A DNA stretch of 23,827 nucleotides. Source: Planctomycetota bacterium (GTDB lineage: Bacteria; Planctomycetota; SZUA-567; H5-PLA8). The notes beneath the pieces were generated by a model, which was not told the DNA's origin, did no database searches, and was given only the letters and a program-made list of their open reading frames with translations. The DNA is taken from contig BTVV01000098.1 in NCBI GenBank assembly GCA_045863855.1, forward strand, positions 1 through 23,827, in the 5' to 3' direction. The translations under genes were made by a program, and so were the position numbers. This document shows positions 14,655 to 23,522 of this stretch, piece after piece (position 1 is the first letter of the stretch; each line of letters starts with the position of its first letter).

Positions 14655-17223
14655 TGCGACGCCCTCCCGCGTGCTGGTGATCGAAGACGATCGGGACGTG
14701 GCGCGCGCCGAGGAGAAACTCCTGGCGGCGGGCGGCTTTCTGCCCAATACCGTGCACACCGGCGCCGACGGACTGAAGCTGCTGAACAGCGAGCCGTTCG
14801 ATCTGCTGATCCTCGACGTGGACCTGAAAGGCGAGCCGAGCGGGCTGGCGATCGCGCGCGAGGTGAAGAAGTCGCCGCATCTGGCGTGGCTGCCGATCAT
14901 GTTCGTGACGGGCCAGGTGAGCCCCGAGGTGGTGCAGCAGGTCTTCGAAGCGGGCGGCGACGAATTCGTGGGGAAGCCGTACCGGCCGGAAGAGCTGCTG
15001 GTGCGCGCGCGCGTGCTGGCGCGGAAAGGCCGCGAAGAGCGCTGGCTGGTGGAGCGCGCGCGGAAGCTCGCCGAAAAAATCGCCGAACGCGACGATGAAT
15101 TGGACGACCTGCGGCGCTTCGCGCAGGACATCGTGAGTTCGCTGCCGTCGGCGATCATGGTCCTGGACGCGCAGCGGCAAGTGCTGTTCGTGAACGCTCC
15201 GCTGCTGGACTGGCTGAAGGCCGAACGCCGCGAAGTGCTGAACCGCAAACTGGACGAATTCGTGCGCGAGGGCCTGCCGCAGGGCGTGCTGGGCGAGGCG
15301 CTGAATACGGCGATGCAGAGCGGTCAGCCGTGCCGGCTGCGGCGGCTGGCGGGGCTGTTCCGTGCGCGATCGGAGCGGGTGAGCGACCTGACGGTGGCGG
15401 CCATCGATTACGCCGGCGAGCGCCAGGTGCTGGTGGTGATCGAGGACGTGACGGACCAGGCGCGCGCCGAGGCGGCGGTGGCGCGCGAGCGCGCGAAGCT
15501 GAACGACATCGTCAACGCGATGAACGCGGCGCTGTGCCTGATCGACCGTGACCGAGCGATCCTGTGGAAGAACCGCACGTTCGACCTCTGGTTCGGCGAC
15601 TCGTTCGGGCAGCCGGGCTTGCAGGCGTTTCTCTCGAAGATCCCCGAAAAGGACGACTGGCTGGACACGGTGTTCGGCGCGGGCCGCGTGCATCACGTGA
15701 CGTGGAGCGTCTTTACGGTGCACGGGCAGCGGCGTTACTTCGCGAACATCATCGCGCCGATCCAGGCCGACGAAGGCCAACCGATCACGCAGGCGCTGGT
15801 GCTGACGCAGGACGTGACGGACCAGGAGACGCGCGTCGAACAGCTTTCGCTGCTGCGCGAGCTTTCGCAGTTCCTGCAGCAGACGCTGGACGCGGAGCGG
15901 CTGAACCACGTGATCTTGCTGTGCGTGACGGCGGGCCACGCGCTGGGGTTCAACCGCGCGTTCCTGTTCAAACGATCGCGGGATACGCAGCGTCTGGAAG
16001 CGAAGATGGCGGTGGGTCCGACGAGCCGCGAGGAGGCGTTTCGGATCTGGGCGGAGATTTCGAGCCACGGCCGGACGCTGCACGAACTGGTCCAGGAGCT
16101 GGACCGGCAGCCGTCGCGCGAGACGCCGCTGTATTCGATGGTGAAGCACCTGAGTTACAGCATGGACGATCCGAGCGAGATCGTGGTGCGCACGGCGCTG
16201 GAGAAGAAAGCGCAGGTCGTGAACGCGCCGGGGCGCGACGACCGCGTGACCGACCACTACCGGCGCACGTTCGGGCAATCGGAGTTCGTGGCGGTGCCGC
16301 TGGTGGCGAAGGGCACGGTGGTGGGGATCATCCTCGCGGACAACCTGTACAGCGGGCGGGCGATCTCGGAAGACCACGTGAAGGTGCTTTCGCTTTTCGC
16401 CTCGCAAGCGGCGCTGGCGATGGAGAACGCGGAGACGTACGCGGAGCTGCGCAAGAGCATGTCGGAATTGCGCATGGCTCAGGAAAAGATGGTGCACGGG
16501 GAGAAGCTGGCGGCGGTGGGCAAGATGGCCGCGCACGTGGCTCACGAAATTCGCAATCCGCTGGCGACGATCGGCGGGTTCGCGCGGGCGGTGCTGAAAC
16601 GCCCGGACCAGTTGGAGCGCGTGAAGCGTAACGTCGGGATCATCGCCGAGGAAGCCGGGCGCCTGGAGAACATGCTGAAGGGCGTGATGGACTTCGCGCG
16701 GCCGGCGGTGCCGGTCTTCAAGCCGGCGGACCTGAATGCGGTGGTGGAGAAGGCGTTTCGCGCGCACGCGGAGCCGCTGGCGGGCCGGCGCATCCACGCG
16801 CACCTCGATCTGGACCATTCGCTTCCCGAACTGGCGTTCGACGAAAGCCAGCTTTTGCAGGTGCTGCACAACCTGATCCGCAACGCGGGGGATTCGATGC
16901 CGCAGGGCGGCGCGATGGTGCTGAAGACGAGCCGCGAAGGCGATCTGGCGATGGTGGTGGTGCAGGACACGGGGTGCGGCATTCCTCCAGAAGTGCGCGA
17001 CCGGATGTTCAGCCCGTTCGTGACGACGAAGCCGGACGGAACGGGATTGGGACTGGCGGTGACCAAGAAGATCGTGGACGATCACGGGGGGACTATCCGC
17101 TGCGAAAGCACGCCGGGGCAGGGCACGACGTTCCTGATCGGCCTGCCGCTGCACCGGCGGCTGACGGAAGCTTGGGGCGCGGCGCCCTTGGCGGAAGCCC
17201 GCGAAGGTACGAGCGGAGTCTGA
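14641..17223 (+). CDS. Soluble hybrid sensor histidine kinase (REC - coiled coil - PAS - PAS-like - GAF - HisKA - HATPase)
   Basis: GTG start with caggagg RBS, overlapping the GH57 stop by 14 nt. REC (VLVIEDD, LLILDV, FVTG, KPY); PAS-type ends (IEDVT, TQDVT); GAF (LGFNRAFLF, VAVPL...VGIILADN, ALAMENA); H-box AHEIRNPL; N-box NLIRNA; G boxes DTGCGI and GTGLGL. No transmembrane segment seen. Confidence 0.93.
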   Translation: MPEADATPSRVLVIEDDRDVARAEEKLLAAGGFLPNTVHTGADGLKLLNSEPFDLLILDVDLKGEPSGLAIAREVKKSPHLAWLPIMFVTGQVSPEVVQQVFEAGGDEFVGKPYRPEELLVRARVLARKGREERWLVERARKLAEKIAERDDELDDLRRFAQDIVSSLPSAIMVLDAQRQVLFVNAPLLDWLKAERREVLNRKLDEFVREGLPQGVLGEALNTAMQSGQPCRLRRLAGLFRARSERVSDLTVAAIDYAGERQVLVVIEDVTDQARAEAAVARERAKLNDIVNAMNAALCLIDRDRAILWKNRTFDLWFGDSFGQPGLQAFLSKIPEKDDWLDTVFGAGRVHHVTWSVFTVHGQRRYFANIIAPIQADEGQPITQALVLTQDVTDQETRVEQLSLLRELSQFLQQTLDAERLNHVILLCVTAGHALGFNRAFLFKRSRDTQRLEAKMAVGPTSREEAFRIWAEISSHGRTLHELVQELDRQPSRETPLYSMVKHLSYSMDDPSEIVVRTALEKKAQVVNAPGRDDRVTDHYRRTFGQSEFVAVPLVAKGTVVGIILADNLYSGRAISEDHVKVLSLFASQAALAMENAETYAELRKSMSELRMAQEKMVHGEKLAAVGKMAAHVAHEIRNPLATIGGFARAVLKRPDQLERVKRNVGIIAEEAGRLENMLKGVMDFARPAVPVFKPADLNAVVEKAFRAHAEPLAGRRIHAHLDLDHSLPELAFDESQLLQVLHNLIRNAGDSMPQGGAMVLKTSREGDLAMVVVQDTGCGIPPEVRDRMFSPFVTTKPDGTGLGLAVTKKIVDDHGGTIRCESTPGQGTTFLIGLPLHRRLTEAWGAAPLAEAREGTSGV

Positions 17224-17257
17224 GGAACTTCTGCGCGAAGTTTAAGGGGTACGAACA

Positions 17258-17626
17258 ATGGCCAAACTTCTGGTCGTGGACGACGATAAGAACCTGCGCA
17301 CGCTTTACGAGCAGGAGTTGGGCGACGAAGGCTTCAGCGTAACGCTGGCCTCCAGCGGCCCCGAAGCGCTGGATTTCCTGAAGTCTGACCGACCGGATCT
17401 GATCATCCTGGACATCTCGATGCCGGGCATGGACGGGATCGAGGCGCTGGGGAAGATTCTGGCCAAAGACAAGTCGATGCCGGTGATCCTGAACACGGCG
17501 TACAGCACGTACAAAGACAACTTCATGACTTGGTCGGCCGACGCGTACGTGGTCAAGTCGGGCGATCTGACGGAACTGAAAGCGAAGGTCAAGGAAGTGC
17601 TTAAGTCCCGCGGCATCGAGCCCTGA
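17258..17626 (+). CDS. Single-domain response regulator (receiver only), 122 aa
   Basis: LLVVDDD, phospho-acceptor LIILDISMPGMDG, LNTAY and YVVKS; the protein ends right after the receiver fold. Confidence 0.95.
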   Translation: MAKLLVVDDDKNLRTLYEQELGDEGFSVTLASSGPEALDFLKSDRPDLIILDISMPGMDGIEALGKILAKDKSMPVILNTAYSTYKDNFMTWSADAYVVKSGDLTELKAKVKEVLKSRGIEP

Positions 17627-17702
17627 ATTTCGCGCGCGGTCCGCGGCCGGGGCCGTAGGGCCGGGGCCGACGCACCGCCGCCCAACCCCCGGATAGCGAA
17701 GC

Positions 17703-18950
17703 ATGCCTGCCGATCTGCTGAAGGAAACGCTGACGCTGATTCTCGCCGGCGGCCAAGGCGAGCGTCTGTACCCGCTGACCCGCGACCGCGCGAAACCCGC
17801 CGTGCCGTTCGGCGGGATCTACCGCATCATCGATTTCACGCTTTCGAACTGCCTGAACAGCGGCTGCAACCGACTGTACGTGCTGACGCAGTACAAGTCG
17901 TTCAGCCTGGAGCGGCATATTCACCTGGGCTGGGATCCCATCTTCAACAACATGGAGCTGGGGCAGTACATCCACATCCTGCCGCCGCAGATGCGCCAGG
18001 GACCGCAGTGGTATCAGGGCACGGCCGACGCGATTTACCAGAACATCTACACGCTGGAACGCGAACGCCCGCAGCGCGTGCTGATCCTGGCCGGCGATCA
18101 CGTCTACAAGATGAACTACCACGACATGGTCCAGTTCCACGTGGAACGCAACGCGGTGCTGACGGTGGCGTGCGTGCCGATCGAGAAGGCGCGCGCCAAC
18201 CAGCTCGGCATCGCGGTGACCGATCCGTCCAAGCGCATCACGGGCTTCCAGGAAAAGCCGAAGGACCATCCGGCGACGATTCCGGGCGATCCCGAGCACT
18301 GCCTGGCGAGCATGGGCATCTACATCTTCGAGACCGAAGAGCTGGTGCGGCGCCTCAGCCGCGACGCTCGGCGCGATACGGCGCACGATTTCGGTAAGAA
18401 TATCATTCCGGAAATGATCGAAGACGGCGCACGCGTCTACGCGTATCCGTTCAAGGACGAGAACAAGAAAGACCTGCCGTATTGGCGCGACGTGGGTACG
18501 ATCGACAGCTACTACGACGCGAACCTGGACCTCGTCACGGTCAACCCGCTCTTCAATCTGTACGACAGCGACTGGCCGCTGCGGACGTACCAGGAGCAGG
18601 GGCCGCCGGCCAAGTTCGTCTTCGCGGGCTACGGCGGCGACGCTTCGCGGCGCGGGCAAGCGCTGGACAGCCTGGTCGCGCACGGCGTGATCGTCTCGGG
18701 CGGGACGGTGGAACGGAGCATTCTCTCGCCGGCGGTGCGCGTGAACAGCTACTCGCACGTCGAGGAATCGATCCTGATGGAAGGCGTGAACATAGGGCGC
18801 CACGCGCACCTGCGCCGCGCGATCATCGACAAGGGCGTGCGCATTCCCGAAGGCACGAAGATCGGCTACGATCTGGAAGAAGACCGCCGCCGGTTCATCG
18901 TGACCGAGTCGGGCGTGGTGGTGGTGCCGAAAGAAATGGCGCTGGAGTAG
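17703..18950 (+). CDS. glgC: Glucose-1-phosphate adenylyltransferase (ADP-glucose pyrophosphorylase)
   Basis: ILAGGQGERLYPLTRDRAKPAVPFGG, WYQGTADA, LAGDHVYKMNY, FQEKP, ASMGIYIF, YWRDVGT and C-terminal hexapeptide beta-helix. Confidence 0.97.
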   Translation: MPADLLKETLTLILAGGQGERLYPLTRDRAKPAVPFGGIYRIIDFTLSNCLNSGCNRLYVLTQYKSFSLERHIHLGWDPIFNNMELGQYIHILPPQMRQGPQWYQGTADAIYQNIYTLERERPQRVLILAGDHVYKMNYHDMVQFHVERNAVLTVACVPIEKARANQLGIAVTDPSKRITGFQEKPKDHPATIPGDPEHCLASMGIYIFETEELVRRLSRDARRDTAHDFGKNIIPEMIEDGARVYAYPFKDENKKDLPYWRDVGTIDSYYDANLDLVTVNPLFNLYDSDWPLRTYQEQGPPAKFVFAGYGGDASRRGQALDSLVAHGVIVSGGTVERSILSPAVRVNSYSHVEESILMEGVNIGRHAHLRRAIIDKGVRIPEGTKIGYDLEEDRRRFIVTESGVVVVPKEMALE

Positions 18951-18964
18951 TTTGGCCGGCGCCT

Positions 18965-20095
18965 TCAGGCCGTTCGATTTAAGCCCAATATTTCTCGATA
19001 CAATTCGGCGTGCTCGCGGGCCATGCGGTCGGCGTTGAAACGCACGTGGGCTTCGGCCCACGCGGCGGCGCCCAGATTGGCGCGGTCGTGGTGTACGTTC
19101 AGCCAATGCCGCAACGCTTCGGCCCAGGCGGTGGCGTCGCCTTGCGCGACGAGCACGCCGGTGCGGCCGTCCTCCAGCACTTCGGCATGGGCCTCGATGC
19201 GGCTGGCCAGGATCGGACAGCCCACGGCCATGGCTTCCAGCACCGTGAGCGGCTGGCCTTCCCAGGCGCTCGGTTGCACGAATAGATCGCAGGCGGCGAG
19301 GAGTTCGCGGACGTCTTCGCGGAAGCCCAGCAGCTTTGCGTGCTCCGGCAGCCGGGCCGCGAGCTTCGCGTGCTCGGGGCCGGCGCCGGCGATCCAAAGT
19401 TCGGCGTTGCGCAGCCCGGCCTGACGCCAGGCTTCCAGCAGCGTGGCGTGGTCTTTCTGCGGATCGAGGCGCCCGACGGCCAGGACCATCCACGTGCCGT
19501 CGTCGATTCCCAGCGCGGCGCGCGCCGCCGCGCGCGTGGCGGGACGGCGCGGCGCGAAGCGCTTCAGGTCGATGCCGTTTTCGATGACGCGAAAGAACGA
19601 GGCCGGCAGCGCGGTGCGTTCGCGGTGAAAGCGTTCGACGCTGGGCCCGACGCAGACTTCGCACTCGCTCCAGCGCGACGTCGCGCGGTCGAGCGCGAAT
19701 TGCCACGGGCGAAAGCGGCGTTCCTGAACGTGAATGGTGCTGACGACGCGCGGTTCGTATCCGCCGCTTCGCCCGCGGAGCATGCGCCGCGCCAACCGCG
19801 CGGCGAGGTTGGCGTGAAAGAGATGCGCGTGCACCAAAGCCGGCTGATGCAGCGCAAGGCGTTCGGCCAGATCGCGCGCGCAGAGCAGCGTGTTGCGGCG
19901 GTGGCGGCGCAAGCCGAAGACTTCGAGCCCCGAGTCGGCCAGTTCGCGGCCCACCGGCGCGGTCTCGTCTTCCAGGCAGCAAATCGCCGCGCCAAAACCC
20001 CACGCAGGCATGCGGCGCGCAAGGTTCGCAACCACGCGTTCGGCGCCGCCGCGTTCCAGCACGGGCAGCACGAACCAGATCACGGGGGCGCTCAC
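18965..20095 (-). CDS. Glycosyltransferase family 4 (GT-B)
   Basis: GGAERVV, VIENGID, VGRLDPQKDH, PSAWEGQPLTVLEAMAVG (ExxxxxxxE motif). GTG start overlaps the upstream gene's stop. Confidence 0.92.
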   Translation of the reverse strand: MSAPVIWFVLPVLERGGAERVVANLARRMPAWGFGAAICCLEDETAPVGRELADSGLEVFGLRRHRRNTLLCARDLAERLALHQPALVHAHLFHANLAARLARRMLRGRSGGYEPRVVSTIHVQERRFRPWQFALDRATSRWSECEVCVGPSVERFHRERTALPASFFRVIENGIDLKRFAPRRPATRAAARAALGIDDGTWMVLAVGRLDPQKDHATLLEAWRQAGLRNAELWIAGAGPEHAKLAARLPEHAKLLGFREDVRELLAACDLFVQPSAWEGQPLTVLEAMAVGCPILASRIEAHAEVLEDGRTGVLVAQGDATAWAEALRHWLNVHHDRANLGAAAWAEAHVRFNADRMAREHAELYREILGLNRTA

Positions 20096-21324
20096 GCGGG
20101 CGTACCCGATTCGGCGGGCTCGGCGGGCTCGACCGGAGCGGCCAGCGCTTCGGCGAGTTGGAGGGCGCGCGCGGCGTAGCTGCGTCCCTCGACGGCCTTG
20201 CGGATCTCGGCGCGGCCCAACCGCTCTCCGGCCTCCAACGCAAGACGCAAAGCTTCAGGAAATTCGGCGGCGGAATCGGCGAGAAATACGCCCGGCGCGG
20301 CCTGCGCCATCTCTTCGGTCACCGGATTGCGGCTGGCGACAACCGGCAGACCGGCGGCGAGGTATTCGAGTAGTTTGAGCGGCGAAGAGCCGTAATTGAA
20401 CGGCGTCGGGAGCAGCGGAATCAATCCCGCCTGCGCATACGCGAAATAGGAAGGCAGCATCATGGCGGGTTTGGGGCCGAGCCACCTGAGCCTCGCGTCC
20501 ATGGCGCGAGGCTTCACGCCGCGCCCCGGCGGCCCCACCAGCACCACCGAGCCGGCGGGCATCGCCGCGGCCAGGTGCTCGAGCGCGCCGAAATCGAGCT
20601 TGGCCGTGAGCGTGCCCATGACCATCGCGCGGGGCTGCGGCAGCAATTCCAGATCGCCGGGTTCGGGCAGCATGGAATCGACGCAGGGCGCGTACGCTTC
20701 GAGGTCGACGGCATGCGGCAGATAACGCCACGCGTTGACGTGTTCGATGCGGTCGTCGAGCAGCGCGGGCGAAGTGACCAGCAGCAGATCGGTCCGCTCG
20801 AGCATGCGCACTTCTTGTTCCCAGACGTACGCGGCGCGGTTGGGGTTACCGTCGAAGTCCGGATACGCGCGGTGCTCGTCCACGCAGTCGTAGACGTGGT
20901 GCGAAGCGCGCAGGCCTTCCATCCATTCGGCCCACCACCAGCCATAATAGAGCGCGACGAAGCGATCGTCGGCGAATCCGATGCGCTCGAGCATTCGCTT
21001 CAGCGCGGGCAAGCGAAATTGCAGGTTCCAGCGGCGGGTAAAATCGGGATAGCTGTACGGAAGGCCCAGGAATTTCTCGAAGCGCCAGACGAACAATCCC
21101 GGCCGGTCCTGGACCGGCTCTTCGGAACCGCTCTGCCGCAGCCGCTCGCGATAAAAGGCCGCCGGCCCGCCGACCTCGACGTACAGCACGCGCCCGCCCA
21201 GCGCGTTCCACGCGCGCGCGAGGTAAGGGCGCGGCGAAGGGTACGGAGAGAAGTACGGCGTCCCTCCGACGAGCAGCAGGTCGGGAAGCGGCGGGAGCTC
21301 AGGCCTGGACGCCGAAGCGGACAC
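20092..21324 (-). CDS. GT-B glycosyltransferase (GT4-like, TuaH-type), 410 aa
   Basis: Start placed at GTG 21324 (GGAGG 5 nt upstream). Motifs VYDCVDEH, DLLLVTSPAL, LVGP, SSPLKLLEYLAAGLPVVAS. Confidence 0.85.
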   Translation of the reverse strand: MSASASRPELPPLPDLLLVGGTPYFSPYPSPRPYLARAWNALGGRVLYVEVGGPAAFYRERLRQSGSEEPVQDRPGLFVWRFEKFLGLPYSYPDFTRRWNLQFRLPALKRMLERIGFADDRFVALYYGWWWAEWMEGLRASHHVYDCVDEHRAYPDFDGNPNRAAYVWEQEVRMLERTDLLLVTSPALLDDRIEHVNAWRYLPHAVDLEAYAPCVDSMLPEPGDLELLPQPRAMVMGTLTAKLDFGALEHLAAAMPAGSVVLVGPPGRGVKPRAMDARLRWLGPKPAMMLPSYFAYAQAGLIPLLPTPFNYGSSPLKLLEYLAAGLPVVASRNPVTEEMAQAAPGVFLADSAAEFPEALRLALEAGERLGRAEIRKAVEGRSYAARALQLAEALAAPVEPAEPAESGTPA

Positions 21325-21416
21325 TCGATCCTCCAAGGACCGCAGGTCATAAGGGAACGGCAGCCTGCAATTTCTACCCCAATACGGCGCTCAAGCACGC
21401 ACGGCGGAAAGCTACT

Positions 21417-22568
21417 CTACTTCACCGGCCGCCACCACGGGGGGATGAATCCCACCCATCTTAAGGCCCGCAGCCACTCCTGATACCACCACCGATCACG
21501 AAATCGCTGCGGAGAAGCGGCAGGTAATGCCTTCAGAAAAGCCAGCATAAATGAAAACGGAAGCCCCGAAAACGGATCATACTCTTTCGGCAGCCGATGC
21601 CGCAAGACATCGCGATAGTAAATGGGCCATAACGGCGGAATGAGCGTGCCATCGTTAAAATAGTCGAAAGCATGCTTCCACGAACGGCATTCGGACCATC
21701 CGTTTGCGAGCAGTCGCCGGGCGTAAGCGTCGGCCAACCTATCCAGTACTGGATCGGGATGGGGAGGCTGCCCAGGACCGGCGCGCCTCCAGTTGTTATC
21801 GGCGGGCCGTTCGGGATCGAATTTCGAGAAGTGCATGGCCACAAGCTCGGCCCCGCCGGCCGTCCATTGACCTGGGCTCGCGCACTCGGATAGCTTTCGA
21901 TCCTCGAGATTCCACGCGGCCACGTTGTATCCGGGGTCTCGAAAAACACCCACGCCATCGAACAGAGCGGGCGCCAGATCCATCCATTTCTGGTCGGCAA
22001 ACATGCCATTGGGCAGATCGCTGACGCAATACTCGGACATTCTCTGAGTCCACCAGCGCAAGAATCCGTTTGCCTCCATCGATCGCCGCAAGCCCAGGAA
22101 GCCCAGGTTAAATGCACCGGTTCGTGCAAATACGCGCTCGTTCATCCAGCGAGTGTCGGGTACGGGCTGAAGCGTATGAGGTGTCAACAGCAGCGAATGC
22201 GTATCGAGAAACTCCAGCGCTCGATCTAGATTGCCAAGAATCCAAAAGTCTGCATCGATATAGAAGAATGTCTCAAGTTCGGGATGGCGCTCCGCAAATG
22301 CATCAAGCCCAAAAGCCTTGAACGCCATCACTCGCTCGAAACGCGTATACCGGAAGAGCATGCCGGAAAGTTCCGATATCCCTAGATCCTCAACGGGCCA
22401 AATGGAAAACGCTTCACGCTGCGGTTCGAACCGTCCGTCGATACGATCCACCAGGATGGCCGCGCAAACGGCTTCGGGGTGATGGTTGCGTACGCTTTCG
22501 AATAAAGTTCTCGCGGCGGCCAAGTGCGAAGCGGTAATAACCGTCATCACCCCAAATGGCTTACTCAT
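21417..22568 (-). CDS. Putative GT-A fold glycosyltransferase (GT8-like), 383 aa
   Basis: ATG 22568 forms an ATGA overlap with the epimerase stop. DxD motif (YIDAD), LLTPH, GAFNLGF, FADQKWMDL, GYNVAAWNL. Confidence 0.78.
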   Translation of the reverse strand: MSKPFGVMTVITASHLAAARTLFESVRNHHPEAVCAAILVDRIDGRFEPQREAFSIWPVEDLGISELSGMLFRYTRFERVMAFKAFGLDAFAERHPELETFFYIDADFWILGNLDRALEFLDTHSLLLTPHTLQPVPDTRWMNERVFARTGAFNLGFLGLRRSMEANGFLRWWTQRMSEYCVSDLPNGMFADQKWMDLAPALFDGVGVFRDPGYNVAAWNLEDRKLSECASPGQWTAGGAELVAMHFSKFDPERPADNNWRRAGPGQPPHPDPVLDRLADAYARRLLANGWSECRSWKHAFDYFNDGTLIPPLWPIYYRDVLRHRLPKEYDPFSGLPFSFMLAFLKALPAASPQRFRDRWWYQEWLRALRWVGFIPPWWRPVK

Positions 22569-23509
22569 TCCGCGAGCCTCGCATGCCAAACGCTCCGCAA
22601 TCCGCTCTCGAGGTCGATTCTCGGCTTCCATTGCGTGGCTTGTTCAATCTTTCGGATATCGAGGACGTTGTACGGTACATCGAAAGAACGCGAGGGCTCA
22701 AACCGGAGATTCAATGGCTTTCCGGTCGCACGTTCGAGCACGGCCAGCGCGTCGCGAATCGAACAGCCGGAACCCGAGCCCACGTTGTAGACATAGAATC
22801 CAGGAGCAAGCTGGGCTTCCAATACCATGCGCACCGATTGCGCGAGATCTTCGACATGGAAGAAATCCCGAACCACCGATCCATCTCCGAAGACCTGAAT
22901 CGGAAGTCCAAGGCGCGCCCGGCTCAGGGCTACATCCAACAAGCCTTGAATCCCAGATGCATGGTCTTGCTCACGCCCATACGGATTGGCGAAGCGAAGC
23001 ACAATGCCCCGAACGGATCCCTTCAGGCAATTCAATCTCAGGTAATGCTCGGTCGAAAGTTTGGCGAGACCGTATCCGCCCAAAGGTAATGGCAGATCCG
23101 TCTCCGAAACAGGCCGCCGATAATCTCCGTAGACGGTGCCGCCAGAACTCGCAAAAACGATCGTACCGATTCCCGCCTTGCACGCGGCCTCGAACAAGCG
23201 CGCCGACGGCGCGACATTGTTCTGAACTTCCGCTGGCAGATCTGCCTGGGCCGTAGCCGGCAAGCTGCCCCATGCAAAATGAAGAAGTACATCCTGGGCT
23301 TCGCATGCTTCCTGGACTACATTTGCATCTGCGAAGTTGCCCCAGAGCATTCGGCAGGAATTCGTCCTCGTCTCCAGCGGCACCTTGGGCGACCCTGGAA
23401 GATCGAGGATCGTCAGATCCAAGTCCCGCATTAATAATTCTTTAGCAATATGACGGCCTAAAAATCCCAGACCGCCCGTTATCAGCACGCGAGGAACCTT
23501 GGAAGACAT
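22565..23509 (-). CDS. NAD-dependent nucleotide-sugar epimerase/dehydratase (extended SDR), 314 aa
   Basis: ATG 23509 with GGAG upstream. ITGGLGFLG, ASSGGTVYG, catalytic YGLAK, LRFANPYG, GDGSVVRDFFHVEDL, YNVGSG. Confidence 0.92.
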   Translation of the reverse strand: MSSKVPRVLITGGLGFLGRHIAKELLMRDLDLTILDLPGSPKVPLETRTNSCRMLWGNFADANVVQEACEAQDVLLHFAWGSLPATAQADLPAEVQNNVAPSARLFEAACKAGIGTIVFASSGGTVYGDYRRPVSETDLPLPLGGYGLAKLSTEHYLRLNCLKGSVRGIVLRFANPYGREQDHASGIQGLLDVALSRARLGLPIQVFGDGSVVRDFFHVEDLAQSVRMVLEAQLAPGFYVYNVGSGSGCSIRDALAVLERATGKPLNLRFEPSRSFDVPYNVLDIRKIEQATQWKPRIDLESGLRSVWHARLAE

Positions 23510-23522
23510 TACGCTACTCCGA

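Noticed and set aside
17627..17702. GGCCGGGGCCG repeated twice before glgC as a G-quadruplex or terminator
   Set aside because: Only three runs of three or more G in the repeat, no U-tract, and expected by chance at this GC level.
12401..20243. Very long overlapping ORFs (759, 945, 910 and 880 aa)
   Set aside because: Off-frame or antisense shadows of well-supported genes, explained by stop-codon scarcity at high GC.
22565..23509. Calling the epimerase galE as a Leloir partner of the GalT-like gene
   Set aside because: It belongs to the convergent polysaccharide cluster, and its substrate cannot be determined from motifs.
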